This document shows, piece by piece, positions 54,689-64,000 of a stretch of 64,000 nt of DNA. Source of the stretch: the human T2T-CHM13v2.0 reference genome, Homo sapiens; assembly GCF_009914755.1 (NCBI RefSeq), contig NC_060947.1. The stretch is one strand, 5' to 3'. The notes beneath the pieces are model-generated. The model worked only from the letters and a program-made list of their open reading frames with translations, made no database searches and was not told where the DNA came from. The translations under genes were made by a program, and so were the position numbers. The stretch's first letter is position 1. Each line of letters opens with the position of its first letter.

Positions 54689-56560
54689 CAAATAGCTCTT
54701 CATTAAAGGAAGCCTAGCAATAAACCTTTTCAGAAAGCCTATGTTAATTAAATATAAAATGCTAGCAACTATATTACTAAAACTGCATGAAGTTATAAAA
54801 ATGCATTTTAATTGTGTTTTATATAATTATGATGTATAAGGCAGCTTTTGCTGCTGCTCATTCCTCTTCTACTTCTCCTTCCTCTTCTTGTTCTTCCTCT
54901 TCTTCTTCCCCTCCCCCTACTACTTTTCCTGCCCCTCCTAACTATGACCTTGTTAACTATTTTTATGTTTCAGGAAAATCTGTCAATCATCTGCAGGATG
55001 CATGGAAGTGGGTATATACAGAGATTCTGTTATAGGAATCCAAGAGTAATGTTAAAAGACGCTATAGATTCTATACATTCTAGCCCACAAAAGCTGGCTT
55101 GCTTGGCATGGCTTTTACAGGTTTTACTTAGGACTGAGGCACTAAATTTGCCTCCCACTAACAGGGCTGGAACAGAGGTATAACAAAACTAGTGAAAACT
55201 ACAAGACATAAGAAGATGTTCCACCCTCCCTAGAGTGCAGACAAGCAGCTGAAGACTGACCCCTGTGCCAATAAAGGAGCCAGAATGAAAACATAGGAAG
55301 AAATGGGCAAAGACCCAGAAGAAGTTAGTGTTAAGAGAAACCAGGTAAAGCCTGTTAGATATTATAGTGAGATCAGGAGAATGAGAACTGAAAAGGTTAT
55401 TTGAATTAAAGGATTAGGCCACTGCCTTACAGCAATGTTGTGGGCGGGTAGAATCTAGATTGGAAGAGATCAATGAGTAACAAAAGGGAACTTTGGAGAA
55501 ATTTGGCAGGAAAGGAAAAGATGGACTAGCAGTTTGTGGAGAGAGTGGTATTAGGTTTTCTGTTTTGTTTTTGTATTTTATTTTTACTTTTCCTTTTGTT
55601 TTTGAATTTTTAAAGATCTGCATACTTGAATGAGTTTCAGGCCAAGGTAGAGGAGTCAGTACTAAATATTTAAGGTAGGAAATCATTTCAGTACAAATAA
55701 TAGAAGAGATGGGGTCAAGAGAGCACAGGTTATTAACACTGGTATTGAGGACAGACACATGCTTTAAAGATAGGAGTAATGGGATAATTATGATGATGAT
55801 GATGATAATGATGATACTGATAGCGAAGATGTATTGAAGAAACTGTTCTAAGAGCTGTACATGGATTATTTTATCTAATCCTTACACTGATCCTTTGAGG
55901 ATGAGAAAACTGAGACAAAGTGAGGTGGTAAATTTTTCAATATCACGCAGCTAGCAAACATAAATGCAGGAATTAAATCAAGGCAGGAATTAAATTAAGG
56001 AGGTCTGACCTCAGACCTCCGCTACTAAGAGAAATACAAATAAGACACAAATATATTTTGAATTGTGGAATTCATGAGGACAAAGTGAGATAGACAGGAA
56101 TTGTATGCAAGACTTGAGGAGAGTGGAAGAAATTTGGAACAGCTACTTGTAGTCAATAGGGGAGGAATGGAAAGACTGCAATGTGGAGAACATAACTGAG
56201 GTGGAGAGCATAAATAAATAATATACCGTGACCTTTACCTGTTTGTAACTTTCTCTAGCAGGGTCCCAGGAGCAAAGGTAGAATTTGATGTTGGGGGTTA
56301 GGGAAGTCAAGGGCAAGGGATTCTAAACCCATTACTAAGTGCATTATTAAAACATTTGCTGGAGTGATGTTAGTGAAAATAGCAAAGAAAGGAACTACAA
56401 AATTCCACTCCTCCATTAAAACAATGAAAAACTGACAAAAACGGTTAGACTCAACTATTTCAGAACTCTGGAAATTAACCAAAGTCTTGCAACAACCTGG
56501 GAAGCACATATTCAAAAAAAGTGGCTGAATCTTAGAAGAGTGAGCTTTGTGATATTTTAA

Positions 56561-57142
<582 letters not shown>

Positions 57143-57189
57143 CAGAGGCAAATGTTTCAATGGCATGGATGTCTTAGGTATCTAATGAA

Positions 57190-58135
57190 GCGTTTTTATC
57201 CAAAATGTATAAGGAACTCAACTCAATAGCAAAAGAACAAATAACCTGATTAACAAACGTGCAAAGGATCCAAATAGATATTTTTCCAAAGAAGACATAC
57301 AAATGCCCAACAGGTATATGAAAAGGTGCTCAACAACACTAGTCATCAGGGTAATGCACATTGAAACCACAATGAGCTATCGCCTCACACCTGTTAGAAT
57401 GGTTATTATCAAAAAGATAAGCAATAATAAGTGTTAGTGAGGGTTTGCAGAAAAGGGAACTCTTGCACACTGTTGGTGGGAATGTAACTTGGTGCAGCCA
57501 CTATAGAAAACAATATGGAGATTCCCCCCAAAAATGAAAATAGAATTACCATATGATCTGTCAATCCCACCTCTAAGCATATATCCAAAGGAAAGAAAAT
57601 CAGTATCTCAAAAAATATCTGCACCCACATGTTCATTGCAGCTTTATTTACAATAGGTAAGATATAGAAACAACCTAAGGGTCCCTCGATGGATGAATGG
57701 ATAAATGAAACTTGGTATATAGTGAAATATATTTAGCTATAAAAAAGCTATAAAAAACTCACATTCATTTAAGCAGAGAGTAGAATCGTAGTTGCCAGGG
57801 GCTGGAGAGTGGGGAAAATTGGGGAGATGTTCACGGAAGGGTACAAACTTTCAGTAAAAAGATGAATAAATTCTGGAATGTAATAGACAGCATCATGATT
57901 ATAGTTAATAATACTGCATTGTTTCCTTGAAATTTACAAAGAAAGTAGATTTCTTTTTGTGTCTTCACCACATACACACACATATACACAATGGTAACTA
58001 TACTGATTGAGGCGTTAAATAATTTGTGATAATAATTTCACAACACATACATATATCAAATCATATTGTACACCTTGAATACATACAATTTTTATTTGTC
58101 AATTATACCCCAATAAATCTGGAAAAAAGAAAAAA
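57190..58135 (+). mobile_element. L1MA 3' end
   Basis: caggtatatgaaaaggtgctcaac...tgcacccacatgttcattgcagc...tttgtcaattataccccaataaa. Confidence 0.8.
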
Positions 58136-58139
58136 AAAA

Positions 58140-60864
<2,725 letters not shown>

Positions 60865-60981
60865 AGGGCGGGTCGCGCGCTCGGTGGCGCGTTGTGCGCG
60901 TGTGTGGAGTGCCCTGCTGCCCCCAGCTGGAGGGGAACTAGTCTGCTCCAGGTGGCAAGCTGCGTGAGCAAGCAAGCCAAC

Positions 60982-62058
60982 ATGGACCGCGACTCGTACC
61001 ATCACTATTTCTACGACTATGACGGCGGGGAGGATTTCTACCGCTCCACGACGCCCAGCGAGGACATCTGGAAGAAATTCGAGTTGGTGCCGCCGCCCTG
61101 GGACTTGGGTCCCGCAGCCGGGAACCCAGCCCTCAGCTTTGGTCTCCTGGAACCGTGGCCGGTAGGGTGCGCTGGGGACGAGACGGAATCCCAGGACTAC
61201 TGGAAAGCTTGGGACGCGAACTACGCCTCCCTCATCCGCCGTGACTGCATGTGGAGCGGCTTCTCCACCCAGGAGCCGCTGGAGAGAGCGGTGACTGACC
61301 TGCTTGCCGTTGGCGCGCCCTCGGGATACTCGCCCAAGGAGTTCGCCACCCCCGACTACACTCCCGAGCTCGAAGCCGGCAACCTAGCGCCCATCTTCCC
61401 CTGTTTGTTGGGCGAGCCCAAGATCCAGGCCTGCTCCAGGTCTGAGAGCCCAAGCGACTCCGAGGGTGAAGAAATCGACGTGACAGTAAAGAAGAGGCAG
61501 TCTTTGAGTACGCGGAAGCCAGTCATCATCGCGGTGCGTGCAGACCTTCTGGATCCCCGCATGAATCTCTTCCACATCTCCATCCACCAGCAACAGCACA
61601 ACTATGCTGCCCCTTTTCCTCCAGAAAGCTGCTTCCAAGAAGGGGCTCCAAAGAGGATGCCCCCAAAAGAGGCTCTAGAGAGAGAAGCTCCAGGGGGAAA
61701 GGATGATAAGGAAGATGAAGAGATTGTGAGCCTCCCACCTGTAGAAAGTGAGGCTGCCCAGTCCTGCCAGCCCAAACCCATCCATTATGATACTGAGAAT
61801 TGGACCAAGAAGAAGTACCACAGCTACCTGGAGCGCAAGAGACGGAATGATCAACGTTCGCGGTTCTTGGCCCTGAGGGACGAGGTACCCGCCCTGGCCA
61901 GCTGCTCTAGGGTTTCCAAAGTAATGATCCTAGTCAAGGCCACGGAATACTTACAAGAACTGGCGGAAGCCGAGGAGAGGATGGCTACGGAGAAAAGGCA
62001 GCTCGAATGCCAGCGACGGCAATTGCAGAAAAGAATTGAGTACCTCAGTAGCTACTGA
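60982..62058 (+). CDS. MYCLP1: Intact 358-aa L-Myc-like bHLH-ZIP ORF (L-Myc2)
   Basis: aacATGG start; PSEDIWKKFEL (MBI), DCMWSGF (MBII), EEIDVT, QHNYAA (MBIV), basic region ERKRR and zipper; translation not shown by sequence alone. Confidence 0.8.
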   Translation: MDRDSYHHYFYDYDGGEDFYRSTTPSEDIWKKFELVPPPWDLGPAAGNPALSFGLLEPWPVGCAGDETESQDYWKAWDANYASLIRRDCMWSGFSTQEPLERAVTDLLAVGAPSGYSPKEFATPDYTPELEAGNLAPIFPCLLGEPKIQACSRSESPSDSEGEEIDVTVKKRQSLSTRKPVIIAVRADLLDPRMNLFHISIHQQQHNYAAPFPPESCFQEGAPKRMPPKEALEREAPGGKDDKEDEEIVSLPPVESEAAQSCQPKPIHYDTENWTKKKYHSYLERKRRNDQRSRFLALRDEVPALASCSRVSKVMILVKATEYLQELAEAEERMATEKRQLECQRRQLQKRIEYLSSY

Positions 62059-62624
62059 CCAAAAAGCCTGACCATTCTGTCTTAAAAAGACACAAGTTTT
62101 CTTTTTGATCTCCCTCTCCCCTTTAGTAACTTGTACATTTTTGTTACAGCAGGACACTCTGGACAGTAGATTGCAGAATGCATTGCAGCCAGTGCACAAA
62201 CAATATAAAGGCTTGCATTCTTGGAAACTTTGAAACCCAGCTCTCTCTCTTCCCTGACTTATGGGAGTGCTTTGTGTTTTCTGGCACCTTTGGCTTCTCA
62301 GCAGGCAGCTGACTGAGGAGACTTGGGGTCTTCCTGGCTCACTATCTCCAAAGAAAAGGCTGACAGATGGTATGCAACAGGTGGTGGATGTTGTTGGGGG
62401 CTCCAGCCTGGAGGAAATCTCACACTCTACATGAACTTTAGGCTAGGAAAGGATGTCTCTGGGGTGATGCAAGGACAGCTGGGTGTGGACGCTCTCCCTG
62501 CGGCTCCATTTTTTTCCAGGAGACACACAAGCTGCCTTGGGTGAAAACAAGCTCAGAGACTTGATCAACGTGGACCATTACCTCACTGTCAGACACTACA
62601 GTAGCTGAGGAGTTGGAAACCTTA

Positions 62625-62732
62625 CATATATGTATATATGTATATATATATGTATGTATATATGTATATATGTATATATATGTATGTATATATGTATATA
62701 TGTATATATATATGTATGTATATATGTATATA
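62625..62732. repeat. Compound (TA)/(TATG) microsatellite in the MYCLP1 3' UTR
   Basis: About 108 bp of tatatgtatata units. Confidence 0.92.
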
Positions 62733-63407
62733 TTATGATGTTGGCTGACCCCCTTCCTCCCACTCTCAATGCTGTGACTCAGAACATTTAAGAGAACTTC
62801 GTCTGTAAGTAATTTGTCTTAAAGCCCTCTGGGCTCTCTTCTCTGAGTGAGGGAACTTTCTGTCTTCACAAGGGACTTTGTCTCATTCTGCCTCTGTTAT
62901 GCAATGGGTTCTACAGCACCCTTTCCCGCAGGTTAGAAATATTTCCCTAAGACACAGGGAAATGGGTCTTAGCCTGGGGCCTGGGGAAAGTTCCCAAGCC
63001 CTGGCTCATGAACTCAATCCCTGCCCAGGTGTTTTCTGAGGGGCCCTTGAGGCCCAATCTTTTCTCAAGACAGGTGTGAGGCACCTCAGAAGGGAGAACT
63101 GTAACACTTTCTCTTTCGCACCTGCCTCTCATCTCAATCCTTGACTGATGAATTTGAAGTTCTACTAGAACCATGAAAACTTGTTCCTTTCGTGCATCTC
63201 CAAGGAGCTTGCTGGCTCTGCAGCCACGCTTGGGCCCTCGCACCAGCCTGCAATGAGTCAGATGTCTTTCACAGAATCTGGGCCTCTCTGAAGTTTTCTG
63301 GAGAGCTGTTGGGACTCATCCAGTGCTCCACAACGTGGACTTGCCTCCTGGTGTGTTTTAAAGGATCCTCCAGGAGCTCTGCTTAGCCAATCATCATGAT
63401 GGATTTT

Positions 63408-63658
<251 letters not shown>

Positions 63659-64000
63659 CATGATAGATTTTGCCCCAGCTGGACTCTGCAGCTCCACTTG
63701 GAATCCAGGTGCTGCCTCCAGTCTGGGAAAGTCACCCAACCCCGCAGTTGTCATGTGGGTAACTTCTGAAACCCCTAAGCCTGTCCTGTGAGAAGGACCA
63801 GCCTCTCCAGAACTCTGCCTAGGACAGCAGGTGCCTGCTTGGAAGTTGGGAGGATGGGGAGTGGTAAGTCCTATTATATGTGGCTCTGGAACACCAGCTG
63901 CTACTTCCAAATCTATTGTCCATAATGGTTTCTTTCTGAGGTTGCTTCTTGCCCTCAGAGAACTCCAGGGGATGTTTGGAAATAGCCTCTTTACCCTTCT

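Noticed and set aside
61291-61960. AVTDLL and EYLQEL differ from my recollection of the human L-Myc2 entry (AVSDLL, EYLHEL), hinting at a non-reference haplotype or an ape genome
   Set aside because: Rests on memory only; needs an alignment to decide
61232-62199. Antisense ORFs overlapping MYCLP1
   Set aside because: Expected shadow ORFs of GC-rich coding sequence

Overview
Primate (human or great-ape) X-chromosome DNA, AT-rich and dense in repeats. It holds the six coding exons of DNAAF6/PIH1D3 (+ strand, 1284-31698). These splice through GT-AG sites into a 645-nt, 214-aa ORF; the 5' UTR exon(s) and promoter lie upstream of the window. About 28 kb of nested L1, Alu and LTR debris follows. 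The window ends in the intronless L-MYC retrocopy MYCLP1/MYCL2, inserted into an old L1, with an intact 358-aa ORF (60982-62058) and a 3' UTR running off the end. I found no bacterial-type systems and cannot claim a new biological system. Best leads: (1) MYCLP1 looks like a remodelled retrogene, with only in-frame indels, a deleted Myc-box-I phosphodegron, intact MBII/WDR5/HCF-1 motifs and altered HLH-ZIP residues; (2) a probable ancient hAT transposase fossil antisense in the last DNAAF6 intron, containing a 63-bp inverted duplication; (3) an Alu-Alu inversion shown by swapped target-site duplications; (4) a 92-bp ERVK LTR end flanked by a 71-bp duplication. Repeat subfamily names and comparisons to MYCL come from recalled sequences, not from searches; repeat boundaries are approximate.
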